A DNA stretch of 61,358 bases, counting the filler, from Catajapyx aquilonaris (lineage: Eukaryota): assembly GCA_000934665.2 (NCBI GenBank). It is 2 parts of 2 records of this genome, joined end to end, with 100 filler letters (N's around TTAATTAATTAA, not from the genome) between each part and the next. Parts side by side here need not be neighbours in the genome. Positions count along the whole stretch, not along the records: positions 1 to 30,641 come from JYFJ02004625.1; 1 more part is not named here. The stretch is one strand, 5' to 3'. The stretch's first letter is position 1, and each line of letters opens with the position of its first letter. A program made the translations under genes and the position numbers. Shown one piece after another: positions 12,381-24,523 of this stretch. A model generated the notes under the pieces. It saw nothing but the letters and a program-made list of their open reading frames with translations, had not been told where the DNA came from and did not search any database.

Positions 12381-13013
12381 CGCGAAAGGTTCCGCCACAG
12401 TGCGCCCCTCACAATCACTGGTTACTCCCTCATAAGCAACTTGGAGCCCGTATACTAAGTTAAGAAACACTGGTAGAGTTACCATGAGTCGGCGCCAATA
12501 TTTGCCAACCGGCGTCGCCCAAATTCAGGTCCTTATCGCAAAATAATGCGGCGCGCATGATGCGAACTACTCTCTGCGGCATTATTGGCAGGACTCTTGA
12601 CTTACGAGCACTAGATAAGGCCCACGTCCTCACTTATTCAAAAACCGAGTTCAGGAAAACCAGAACCCGGAATATTGTACTACCCGTATCCTCCGGGTAT
12701 GTCTCTCTTTGCGTTTTCATTGGCCGGATGAACTTTTATCAAGTGATACTATCGCAGAGGAGGAAACAACTATTAGTATTGGTGTGGGATGTTAATGAAT
12801 TAAAAAATTGTACATAATTATGCTGATAGATGATTTGCAGGATTTATAGTGATTTACCTGGATGTGTTGGAATTGATTCAGAATGTGATTTGTAACTTTG
12901 GAAATAATTGGTGGCCATTTTTTCTGGACGATTTGTGAAATATTCATTATGATTTGATGGATGATTTGTTGAGGACTTGGATTTGTGAATCATTTGTGTT
13001 GATTTATAGGTGA

Positions 13014-13290
13014 CTAGCAGGATACCCGGCGTTGCTCGGCAACTGAACAGGGGGTTGTTTATACCAAAATGCGGATTATTAGAACAGGGGAGCCAATGTC
13101 CCAAAGTCCTTTCCGCCTCCTGTGGCCAAGGTTGACCTCGGAGGTCAATTCCAATGTTCTTAAAACCTTCCCAGTAAAAAACTACCCCTAGTGATACCCC
13201 TGTGGCATATGTGGAGGCCTCCGTATGGATCTGATGTGGTCACAAGAAGGGGACAGACAGACAGATATACGTCGAGAAATATGTATTAGA
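13014..13290 (-). mobile_element. Non-autonomous Helitron
   Basis: Minus strand: 5' TCTAATACATA with a (CTGT)n tract, 3' CCGAGCAACGCCGGG hairpin then CTAG; inserted at A^T. Confidence 0.75.
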
Positions 13291-13924
13291 TTTGTGTTGA
13301 ATTATGGCTGTTTTGTGCCAAATGTATCGATATTATTAGGATTTCATTGGCTTTAAGGCCTAATTTTACAGAATTTAGTAACAATATTGTTGGATAAAAA
13401 TACATTGTTGATGATTGGTGAAGGATTTATATGCGAATAAAAAAAAATCATGATTTCGGCCAGCATGAGCACTGGACTTATGACCTGTTTCCTCGTGGTT
13501 CACGGCCATATTGACCAAAGGCGAAATTGACGACAGCAAGTTGCTTTTGTCGCCTTATCTGGGCTACTTACACTCGGCGCAACAATGGTTTCGGGTGATG
13601 CCGTCAATAAGCAATGATGTGGGGAGCCTATTATTAGTTTGGGGGAGACCTGAACTTGTATACCTTTCCGATCTCTTCATCAAACTACTGATAAGACTAG
13701 TTTTTGCTGAGTTCGTGTTAGTTATGACCAATAAAAAGTCGCTGAAATGGCGAAATTAAAGCAGGTCAGGTGACTTATTACTTGGGATCGTGACCTCATA
13801 TCTGGCCTATTGCGTGTGGGACTGGCAACCTCGTAAGGTCAGGTGGCAACCCTGCTGGTCACGTGATCAGGTCGTCCAATAGGCGCACTGCAGGTTCGTT
13901 GGACCCTCAAAATTGAATTTCAAA

Positions 13925-14620
13925 AATCGATATGATCGAAAATGAATCAATATGGGGAATCATAACATATAATGATTAAAATAACGATATTAATGGAAAA
14001 TTTATCGATATCATAAATTGCAACACAAAATAATCAAAATATCGACATATACTTGTATATGTGACAAAAACTAATTATCGATATATCGAAAAGTTCCATG
14101 CAAGTAGGTATTTTAAACATGATCAATAAATCGATTATCGATCAATCAAACAGTTGCCTATTTTGATATCAACATATCGAACTTTACAACGATTGAAAAT
14201 CGATATATCAGGCAGGGAAATTTCATTTTTAAAAGATGGATACATAAAAATATTAAAATCGAGTTCCTATATTTATCTAGTAGTTGCACTCGATTTTTAA
14301 AAATCGATCGATATATCGATAGGGTATGCGATATCCACTGAGCCTGCTAGAATCGAGTTCCGATATATGTACGCTACCAAAAATTGATAGTCATATCGAT
14401 ATATCAAACAGTATGTGTATCTATCCAAAATGGAAAAAAAAGTTGATATCGCCAAGAATAGATTTCCAATCTACATGTGCTACCAAAAAAATGATCGACA
14501 TATCGTCATTACCTAGAATCGATCTCCAATCTAATTATATGACTTGCCGAAAATCGATATTCAAGATATCGACACATCCTCAATAAATACCAATCAACTG
14601 ATATATCGTCTGATTGTTCT
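13925..14620. repeat. Highly degenerate ATCGAT/ATATCG-rich array
   Basis: Dense AAATCGATAT words with no coding signal. Confidence 0.7.
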
Positions 14621-14626
14621 ATATAT

Positions 14627-15085
14627 ACTAGTTACTAGATATTAGTTATTAGATATATTAGCTATTATATTATTTGAGAATCAAATATCTAATAACTATT
14701 AGTTATTAGATATTTGTTATTAGTTATTAGATATTTGTTATTAGTTATTAGATATTTGTTGTTAGTTATTAGATATATTAGCTATTATATTATTTGGGAA
14801 TCAAATATCTAATAACTATTAGCTTGGATAACTATTAGTTATTAGTTATTAGATATTAGTTATTAGATATTAGTTATTAGATATTAGTTATTAGATATTA
14901 GTTATTAGATATTAGTTATTAGATATTAGTTATTAGATATTAGTTATTAGATATTAGTTATTAGCTATTTGTTGTTAGTTATTAGATATTAGTTATTAGT
15001 TATTAGTTATGAGATATTTGTTATTAGTTATTATATCATTTTAGAATCAAATATCTAATAACTAATATCTAATAACTAATAACAT
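14627..15085. repeat. 14-bp minisatellite (TAGTTATTAGATAT)n with short inverted patches
   Basis: Perfect run about 14850-14960; inverted ATATCTAATAACTA patches near 14685, 14805 and 15050. Confidence 0.95.
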
Positions 15086-15154
15086 TCATGCATGATGATG
15101 AATGAATGTTATCAAAATGTTATTAGTCATTATACTATTAGTCATTATATATTA

Positions 15155-15383
15155 CCGAAGCAGGTTGCCATAGTGGATAGGGCGTCCGACTGCTAATCGG
15201 GAGGTCCCGGGTTCGAATCCCGGGGCAGGCAACCCTGACCGTGGTTTTCTGTGGTTTTCCACGGTCTTCCTAGGATAATTCCGGGGTTGCTTCCGTATAT
15301 TAGGCCACAGCCGCTTCCTTCCTTCCCTATCCTTGGAGGTTGAAAGGCAATGCTGGGCCAATCTCCTTTAATATCAATAATAA
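15155..15383 (+). mobile_element. tRNA-derived SINE
   Basis: A box TTGCCATAGTGG, B box GGTTCGAATCC, AT-rich tail; 15-bp TSD AGTCATTATATATTA (15140-15154 / 15384-15398). Confidence 0.9.
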
Positions 15384-16291
15384 AGTCATTATATATTAGT
15401 TATTATTATATTATATTAGAATCACATTCCCATAAGTCAAGCCCCATTGGGCATATATACATCACACCACAATTGCACAATCCCATTGTTAATTGCAACA
15501 ATGCCTCCCATTGATCCACATCCCCTACAGCCATTATCTCGAGGGGGTTATTACACACACAATTGCACTCACCCATGTTTCATACTCCTAGCATTCCGTG
15601 TATCTCAAACATTTGAATACGAGCCAACACTACAATGCAGTGGTCTCCTAAACTCCGCCCCCTAAAAATATCTCCATATTCTGAACACACATTTCAAGTT
15701 TGCGGTTCGGCGGGAGGGGGTCGGGGGAAAAAATCCCGTGAACCGTAAGAAATCCCCGAAAATTGTCGTGGGCTTAACTCTATTACAATCTATCTAATTG
15801 GAAGTTTATTGGCGCGACCAAAAAGTTTGTCGCTTCCCTGACCGGATTACCGGATTTCCCGTATTTTTTTCAGCGCCGAACGTGATTGAACAACAATAGA
15901 ATCACGTTTTATTGTTGCAACTAATAGCATTTGGACATATTGCATTATTCAGTACGCGTTGAGTTTAATAATAACGTATTATTAAACGGGTTGGTAAGCG
16001 AAACGTCATCGCCAGACGTCTAGGGGTCAGAGGTCAGGGGGTAAATATAGGGCGCGAATAGGGGGCAACCCTGACCCCGTATAGAGTTGATGGCAAACTT
16101 CCTCATCTTGAAAAGGGTCCACTCGTGAGGCTTCCCATTTCCTCTCGAGTGATATCCAGACAGTAAGGGTCATTCACGCCCACTGAGCCCCCATGCGGCG
16201 GATAGATGTACTCACTTGGGAGTGCACTTGGGAGGTATGATTTAGAGCCGGTTTTTGGTACCATCGGGTGGACCGGGCGAACTCAACCAGA

Positions 16292-16710
16292 GCAAAATTA
16301 TTAATATCGGAGCCGACATATCGAAATTCAGCATCGAAACCTGAATATCGATAAAAAAGTTGGTCGAAAATCGATCCAATATTGGAGAAGTATCGTTTGG
16401 AGGCCCATTTTCGATAGATCGAAGATTCCTGCAAATTAATTAATTTGGAGACGATATATCGAAATTCAGCATCGAAACCTGCATATCGATTTTAAAAAAG
16501 TTGATCGAAAATCGATCCAATATTGGAGAGAAATCGTTTGCAGGCCCATTTTCGATTGATCGAAGATTCCTGCAAATTAATTAATATTGGAGCCGATATA
16601 TCGATATTCAGCATCGAAACCTGAATATCGATAAAAAAGTTGGTCGAAAATCGATCCAATATTGGAGAGAAATCGTTTGCAGGCACATTTTCGATATATC
16701 GAAGATTCCT
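16292..16710. repeat. About 140-bp tandem repeat, 3 copies, TCGA-rich
   Basis: GCAAATTAATTAATATTGGAGCCGATATATCG...GATCGAAGATTCCT three times. Confidence 0.9.
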
Positions 16711-16722
16711 GTTAGCCATGAA

Positions 16723-16934
16723 TAAGGCTGTGCGATATCCGAAATTGCATATCGACTTTCGATACTCAAAAAATATCGCATCGAAGTCGATATATCGAAA
16801 ATCGAAAAACCAACATCGAAAACCGACATCGCGATATTCGACACATCGCACATGCCAAGCATCGGATATCGCAACTTCGATATTACGAAAATATCGCATC
16901 GACACTCGATGTATCGAAATATCGCACAGCCCTG
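16723..16934. mobile_element. hAT-like MITE, compact form of 3930-4350
   Basis: TIRs TAAGGCTGTGCGATAT / ATATCGCACAGCCCT(G); 8-bp TSD GCCATGAA. Confidence 0.8.
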
Positions 16935-17552
16935 CCATGAACATATCAAAAAATCGTCGAAAATTACTAATTCCCCATTTTTTTTGAAAAAGTGCTACCA
17001 ATTTCGTCAAATACACACCCATTCACCTAAGCTCGTGTAACCTTGAACCCAAAAAAATTTCGCCTGCGGCGGGCCTCCTCCTCGCCCTTTTCGGTTTATG
17101 CCCCCCCCCCGCCCGATTGCGCCCCCCTCCCCGAACTCGAATCCTGGCTACGTCACTAGCTCAAACCCTAAGAGCGTCAGGTGCGCCATCTATGCGAGAG
17201 GCACAGTACCTCCCACGTCCTCATCTTTATGCTCGCGACTCTACGATCTTTAACCCTTTCTAGAAAAGGGTCAGAGCCGGTGAACTTTGATAATAGATCG
17301 CAGTGGAGACCAGCGAATCAGCTCCAAGGAAATCATTATTTGGTCGTAATTGCAGGAGTGCATCTCCTTGCTTTACGAGACCCCGGGGGCCCCTTCCATG
17401 CTTAGTTCGTGGCCCCTGCAAACCCTCCGGCTGTAATTTCGCAACAAAAGCTTTAGCAATTTGGTCGAGCTAGCCTATATCTAACTACTGCCACCAGGGT
17501 ACATCTCCTATTCATCCTATTCGACCTGTTGATACTCTTCCAGAAAGACTCT

Positions 17553-18745
17553 GTCCGTCTGTGGACAGGTATCAGGGCCTAAACGGCAAGAGATAACGAC
17601 AAACGGTTTTCTGATTCGGATTAAGCAAACCCTAAATAGGATTCATAGTCAACTTCCGGTGACCGGCCACTTCCGGTTGTCCCGGTTCACTCTATCCGCC
17701 AAGGTCAAGTTACATGTGGGTGTCAGTGGGTTTTTTGGCAATTAGAAAGTCTAATGAAATCAAGCTCGCTGCCGATCCTGCTCTCTAGAAAAAAGTAATG
17801 TCCGTCTGTCCGTCCGTGTACAGGTATCAAGGGCCTGAATCGCAAGAGAGAACGACAAACGGTTTTCGGATTCGGATTCAACGTGACCAAATTAGGTTTT
17901 ACGGTCAACTTCCGGTGACCCCGGTCACTTCCTGTATTACCGGTTCACTACATCCGCCAAGGTCAAGGCGGGTGTCCTTGGGTTCCTAAACGTCTACTCG
18001 AATCACGCTCGCAGGATTTGCTAATCTTGCTTCATCGGGCGGCGGGAACTGAGGCTATAACAACAATCTGTTTCTCGTTGCCAACGAGCCAAAGGACACC
18101 GGTCTGTAGAATTGACCTTGGCGGATAAAGTAAAACCGGAAAACCGGAAGTGTCGGGTCACTGGAGGGTGACGATTAAACATGTTTAGGGTCCGCTGAAT
18201 CCGAATCCGAAAACCATTTGTCGCTATTTCTTGTGGTTTAGGCCCTGATACCTATCCACGGACGGACAGACGGACATAACTGCTGTAGAGGACAAGATTG
18301 GCAAATCATGCGAGCGTGATTCGAGTAGACTTTCTCATTGCCAATGAACCCAATAATTACACCCGCCTGTAACTTGACCTTGGCAGACAGTAAACCCACT
18401 CTGGTAATCTGGTGTACACTTAATTTGGTAATCCTGGTAATCATAAGTACGTAATCATAGGTCATAGGATATCTCCAGATAATCATAAGGTAATCAAGGG
18501 TAATCATAGGGTTATCTAGTGTAATCATAAGGTAATCTAGGGTGATCATGATACGTACACTTTTTAAGATAGTGGCTAACCCAAGGGTTAACCCCCTCGG
18601 TAAACCCGGAAAACCGGAAGCGACCGGTCACCGAAATTTGACCATGAAACTATTTTGGTCACGATGAATCCGAATCCGAAAACCATTTGTCTGTATCTCT
18701 TGCGGTTTAGGCTCCGATATCTGTCCACAGACGGACGGACGGACT
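17553..18745. mobile_element. Cluster of four Helentron/DINE-1-like (HINE) units, two forward and two reverse
   Basis: GTCY microsatellite (GTCCGTCTGTCCGTCCGT), ACTTCCGG motifs and shared ACAAACGGTTTTCGGATTCGGATTCA; about 17553 and 17800 (+), about 18115-18275 and 18600-18745 (-). Confidence 0.6.
18398..18575 (-). mobile_element. Compact GATTACC-array element (CACT...AGTG ends)
   Basis: Reverse complement of the ends of 29230-30077 (GTGTACACCAGATTACCAGAGTGG). Confidence 0.65.
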
Positions 18746-19638
18746 TTTTTGAACAGTAAAAATCTAAAACTCAGGAAATTTCCAGAGTTTTTCTCAGCCT
18801 GTTTGCATATAGAACTGGTTCTTCAGCAGCCATACATTTACCTTGAGGCTGTCCCTTTATCATTGGCTCGCTTTTGACTCGATTACGGTCTATTCCCAAA
18901 GAAGAGTGGGGAATTTTTGTGCGGTGGCAGACGGGGACTTGGGACGCCCTAGGCTCCTTTTTTCTGATTTTCGCCAAAGAAGGCGTCTCTTGCTTCCTGA
19001 TCACAAGGTCTGATTCGGTGCGAGGATGATCCTGGTTGTTGGATCAGTGGAATAAGGATGAGGATCATTAGTAACATCTGCTTTCTTAGCGACTTATTTC
19101 AGTAAACACTCCCCAGGTGCGTCTATGTCTAGAGGCGAGCCTGGATGGAGGCTATCTGCTTTTTACCCGGTCGTAGGACGATCATGGCTCATAGTTACCA
19201 TTTTAGATCAAATAAGAGGTATCCGACAACTGGCTGCAGCGTCGGGTGAAGGGGTCTCCGGAGCGGGTGTGCTATTGTTCTCCGGTGGCTTAATGACGAG
19301 CAGATGGGCAAGGTCTCACATGCAAATTCGACTTTTGGCTATCTTGAAAACGGCTGGGAATTTTGCGATTTTGAAGAGTTTTGGCATTGGTAATTCTGGG
19401 GCAAGGAATCCAATGCGACTATTCCGAGATTTCTGCAACGCCGGGAAGTACGAAATTTTTTCCATCCTATATCCTCCTCCTCCTCCTCCTATGCCCTATA
19501 CCCTCCTCGGATAGGGGCTTTATATATACTTGACTTTACTCGACTCGCTTTGCTCGGCGGTGGAGCTCCCCCCCATCCCGTTTCGGAGCGGGGGCCGTAA
19601 CACCAGGCTATAAACGAATCAGTGAGAACGGCAAGTAA

Positions 19639-20153
19639 AGGGGGGTTCACACTAGCTGACGGTAGCATACGAAAAGAACGAACCGAAAGAGTGGACCAAT
19701 CAGAGCCCACTTGAAGATGACGAAAAGTGAAAGGGATTACTAAACGGAAAATACGAAAGGAATCAACTTCTGACGGACACGGAAGACGGAATACGGTGGC
19801 TTACGGACCTATCCACCAATGGAAGAGCCAGGAAAGCGGCAGGGGTGTGGCGAGCGAAAGTGAAGGGGGCAGCGCCTCTGGCGGGGGCAGGGCGAAGGAC
19901 CTTAGTCGCGACGCGGGAGCCAGGGGAAGCGGGCCTGGGGAGACGGGAGATGAGAAGGGTACCGGTCCGAAGGGAGGGAGAGCCCCGGGAGAGTCCTGCC
20001 AGAGAGCTCAAGCACAGCGCATGCGCTGCGGGATCCGGAGACTAAGCCAAGCCCCTCGCTTTTGTGTCTGAACACCTAGCCCCTAGTTCCGTTCGTTTCG
20101 TCATATCGTTCCCTTCGTTTCGTATGCTACCGTCAGCTAGTGCGAACCCGCCT
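19639..20153. mobile_element. PIF/Harbinger-like MITE
   Basis: TIRs AGGGGGGTTCACACTAGCTGACGGTAGCATACGAAA / TTTCGTATGCTACCGTCAGCTAGTGCGAACCCGCCT; TAA on both sides. Confidence 0.75.
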
Positions 20154-21529
20154 TAATGCCCAACAGCCCAGCCCGCACAAACTCCAGGCTAGAAATGAAG
20201 CGATGCGGTTCGAGAGGAATGGCCAACACCACTGTTGACGCAATACACACCGGGAATTACGTGGTCGCTGAGAGTGGCTCCGCCCTAAGTGGATAGGTGG
20301 GGAATTCAGTAGGGGGAGTGGGTATCTGGGTTTGCTGGTTGGCCGAGAGGGGCTGACGTAATATACACCAGAAATTACGGGGTGGCGGGGAGTGGCGCCG
20401 CCCTTAGCGGACCGGTGGGGAGTTGAGTAGGGGAGAGGAGTTGAGGGGGGGAGTAGGGGGACCAACAGCTTGGCTCCTGATTGGCCGAGTTCGGTTTTTG
20501 GCAATACCTGGAAAAAGGCTGGGAAATTCGCAATTATGAGGATTTTTGTCTACACTAATTAGGTGGTCGGAATTCGAACGAGACTACTCCTAGACCTCTA
20601 CGACCTCGGAAAGTGGGAGATATTTTCCATCCTCCTCCTCCTCCTATATCCTATATCCTTATCTAGGGGTTTTATGTATACTAGATACTGACGAAGGCGC
20701 GCAAATTGGGGCGAAACCCAACCGGGGTGGGCGAAACCCCACCGCCGAGCGTAGCGACTCCAGTCCTTAATAAACCTCCAGCAAAATGAGCTTTCGAGAT
20801 GGTGCCGATTTCTCTCGCCTTTCAAGAAAAGCTTTGTGGCCGGTCCTTCAGCGTCCTTAAATCACCCTTAATAAGACAGTGGTCCGCAGGCAAGTTGGCC
20901 AACTCCCCAAACTCATTCTACTGATGGCTCCCCAAGAATAGGTGGCGTCACAATATACATGCTGCGCTTTCCCTTTGTAACAAAAAATCATTCCATGCAA
21001 TTAAATTCCTGAAATGCCTTTGACTACACGAATTTCAAAGCAAATCTGGACCACTGAAACTGAATTCCAGGCTGGCTCAATCACAATAAAAAAACTACAT
21101 AGGAACAGGGGAGCCAACAGACAAAAAAAAACACAAAAACAGGTAATCAGCTGGAAAAAACCAGTTTCTGCGATAAATTTTGGAGGGGACCTGAAAAGGA
21201 TATGAGGAACAATGCGTGGTGCTAAGCTGTGGAGATAACAGGGCGTCGTTGTCGCCAAGTTTGACCAGGGGGCCGCTTCTGCAATGGGTAATTGTCGTTT
21301 GTCGCACTGCCGGGACCCGGAGGCTAATGGGGGGAATGCAGGGACTGGACGAGTCACGACCAGAGGGCGCTTATCTGATGGGAATAGGGTGTGAGGCCAT
21401 CTAGCGGGTTATGGGTGTGCTGGCATCTGGTGAGGAAAATGCCACCGTATCCTGAAGGGCATTCACATACTCTCAACCGGGGCTAGAATTTATGACAAAC
21501 TGTCTAGCCTCCCACTCCAGGCTCCCGGA

Positions 21530-22484
21530 GGGCTACGCTTTCACTTAGGGAGACGCCACACTTTTACCTATTTTCATATGCGTGTATCCCCTGAAGGATA
21601 TGCTCATATCTGCTGAAAATAGGTATGTATCCGCTGAAGGCTATGCGTGTATCCGCTGAAAGACGAGCCTGCATCCGCTGAAGGATAGGCGTGTATCAGC
21701 CGGAAAGGAAAGTTAGGTCATGGGGCAGGCTGGTACAGCGTACCCCTACCCCTGCCAAATTCGGTCAGCCGATATGGCACCTGTGAGGGTAGGAGGGTTA
21801 CCCTCCTACCCCTCGGTTAAGAGTAGTTCCGGGCACCTGTGAGGGAGGGTTACCCTCCTACCCTCACAGGTGCCCGGAACTACTCTTAACCGAGGGTAGA
21901 ATTTATTACAAACAACCTAGCCTCCAACTCCAGGCGCCAAGTGAACCCCATACCTTCGATCACCCTCGCATGTGACCGGATCTACTCTCAATGGAGGCTA
22001 GAATTTATTACACACAGACTAGCCTCCAACTCCAGGCGCCAGGAGAACCCCATTCCCTATAGCTAGAGCCTAGACTGCCCTTGTGTGTGGCTGGACCTAC
22101 TATAAATCGAGGATAGAACTTATGACAAACGACCTATCCTCCTCCTCCTCAAAGCGTCCACAAACCCCGTAGGAAGGGCTTTCATATCGGCTGACCGAAT
22201 TTGACAGGGGTATGGGCACGCTGTACCAACATACAGATATACAATATTAATATATGGCGTAACTTTTCTCCCTGGCGAGCGCACACCTATCCTTCAGCGG
22301 ACACTTACCAATCTGTCAGCGGATGCAGGTCCATCTTCAGCGGATACACCCCGTCGTTCGGCGGATACAGGTACGTCGTCAGCGGATATACCCATATCTT
22401 CAGCGGATACACGCCTATCTTTCATCAGATACAGTCTCGGAAGATAGGTACAAGTGCGGCATCTCCCGGTACGAAAGCGTAGCC
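21530..22484. repeat. Large fold-back: arms about 21530-21775 and 22183-22484 (TATCCTTCAGCGGATAC arrays), internal hairpin 21805-21899
   Basis: CATATCGGCTGACCGAATTTG matches the reverse complement CAAATTCGGTCAGCCGATATG; outer GGCTACGCTTTC / GAAAGCGTAGCC. Confidence 0.8.
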
Positions 22485-23043
22485 ACCCCGTACCCTCTAC
22501 CGGTCACCTGCGGGTACGGGCTTCTCCGGGCGCCTGGAGAGGAGGTTAGGCCGTTTGTCATAAATTCAACGCCAGCAGCGGTTGAGAGCATGTCACTGCC
22601 CCTGATTCAGCGATACCCCCCGATTGTTCTGCCATCTGGCGACAAAACGAGCTTCAAACAACATAGAAGCCCCCTAGTGTAAATGGAGTGAGAGGGCGAG
22701 AATGATCAGGCCAGACCCTCAGATTCCAGTCATGATTCGAACTAGGTCCGGGCGTAGCTGGCATTCCGGGCCAGCCCCAAAAACCGCTTCGACTTGGACT
22801 CAAATTGAGTTGATCCCAGTCCAAAAAATTGTCCGTGGCGTAATCCGCCCCGAGGTTTCAGCGACCGTCCACTCAGGGTCCTTAGAGGGGAAAAAGAAGG
22901 AGATGATTTCGGAATCGAAAGTGGGTCCGGTTCTATCTTCCACCAAAGATATAGAATGTCCTACGGCAATGCGGAAAATGTACTCAAATTTTTGTATGTG
23001 TGGGTGTCATCTGTATGGATTTGGGTGACCGTATCAGTACTGT

Positions 23044-23206
23044 GCCGTCCCAAGGAGAAACACCCTAACTACAAAACTAGTAAGGGCGAAAGTCGCGTGC
23101 ATGCCCTGCACTAATCCCTACTGAGTCAGTAGGGATTAGGCCAGCACATGCACGCGACTTTCACCCTTACTAGTTTTGTAGTTAGGGTGTTTCTCCTTGG
23201 GGCGGC
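23044..23206. mobile_element. Palindromic MITE
   Basis: TIRs of about 60 bp (GCCGTCCCAAGGAGAAACACCCTAACTACAAAACTAG...), central palindrome CTAATCCCTACTGAGTCAGTAGGGATTAG, 8-bp TSD AGTACTGT/AATACTGT. Confidence 0.85.
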
Positions 23207-23215
23207 AATACTGTC

Positions 23216-23860
23216 CCCGAGGGGTAACCACTTCGTGGAACAGGTGTATATGGTCTCTCTGGAACCGGCCTGGAACCGGGTGGAACCGACTTGGAACCTT
23301 TCACTAAATACAGTATTGAGTTCATATACGGTAAAGTTTTTGGCTCTAATTTTGAGTTAAAATAAGTTGAGATATCGAGAGTTAAAATTTTGAGTTAAAA
23401 TAAGTTGAGATATTGGGAGTTAAAATAAGTTGAGATATTGGGAGTTAAAATTTTGAGTTCAAAATATATTGAGTTCAGAATATTTTGAGTTCAAAATTGA
23501 GTTCTGATATTGAGTTCATATACGGTATTTCTTGGTCTCTAATTTTGAGTTAAAATCTCTGAGTTAATCTTGAGTTAATTTTGAGTTAAAATCTTGAGAT
23601 GAGATATTATCTCTCATCTCAAGATTTTAACTCAAAATTAGAGACCAATACTGCATATGAACTCAATATCAGAACTCAATTTTGAACTCAACATATTTTG
23701 AACTCAAAATTTTACCTCGATCTTGAACTCGAAATTTTCACTCAATATTATTGAGTTAAAATTTCGAATTCAAAATTGAGTTCTGATATTAAATTCATAT
23801 GCAGTATTGAGTTCCTGGAACTGGTGTACACTTTATTGGGAAGTGGTTACCCCCCTTGAG
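23216..23860. mobile_element. MITE of the AGGGGTAACC-TIR family carrying a TTGAGTT array (23305-23812) with an internal hairpin
   Basis: Ends GAGGGGTAACCACTTC / GAAGTGGTTACCCCCTTG; ACTGTCCC duplicated at the flanks; homolog of 48432-48567. Confidence 0.7.
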
Positions 23861-23954
23861 ACTGTCCCTGCCAGGCACGGTCAGGCGAGCGTTACGATTG
23901 TAATTAGTGAGCGTATTAAATGTAGCAGCTAAATGTAGTTAGCGCTCGCTGAGA

Positions 23955-24523
23955 GGTGTACCGACATAGCCCATGATCTAACTTTCCTTCCCATCGGATA
24001 CAGGCCCGTACAGACCTATCCTTCAGCGGATACAGGCCTATCTTCAGAGGATATACTTATCCTTCGGCTGATACAGACCTATTCTTCAGCGGATACAGGC
24101 CCGTACCAAACCTATCCTTCAGAGGATACATGCCTATCTTCAGAGGATATACTTATCCTTTGGCTGATACAGACCTATTCTTCAGCGGATACAGGCCCGT
24201 ACCAAACCTATTCTTCAGCGGATACAGGCCCGTACCAAACCTATTCTTCAGCGGATACAGGCCCGTACCAAACCTATCCTTCAGAGGATACATGCCTATC
24301 TTCAGAGGATATACTTATCCTTCGGCTGATACAGACCTATTCTTCAGCGGATACAGGTACCAAACCTATCCTTCAGTGGAAACATGCCTATCTACAGAGG
24401 ATACGGACGTATCCCTCAGCGGATACAGACCTATCTACAGCGGATACAAGCATATCTTTCAACAGATACAAGCCTAGGAAAGTAGGTGAAAGTGCGACGT
24501 CGGCCAATATGAAAGTGTAGCCG
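23955..24523. repeat. Expanded TATCCTTCAGCGGATACAGGCC array
   Basis: Same ends as the arm 22183-22484 but more internal units; bracketed by a duplicated GTCCCTGCCAGGCACGGTCAGGCG. Confidence 0.85.

Noticed and set aside
11792..12418. 208-aa basic histone-H1/protamine-like ORF (RRKAVSTVP)n
   Set aside because: Translation of a 27-bp array belonging to a duplicated non-coding module; the opposite strand is also open; no true ATG
14627..15085. Telomere-like TTAG repeats
   Set aside because: Unit is TTAGTTA/TTAGATA, not TTAGG, and it is interstitial
15160..15232. tRNA gene
   Set aside because: A and B boxes are followed by a SINE body, tail and a 15-bp TSD; same reasoning for 48000 and 52542
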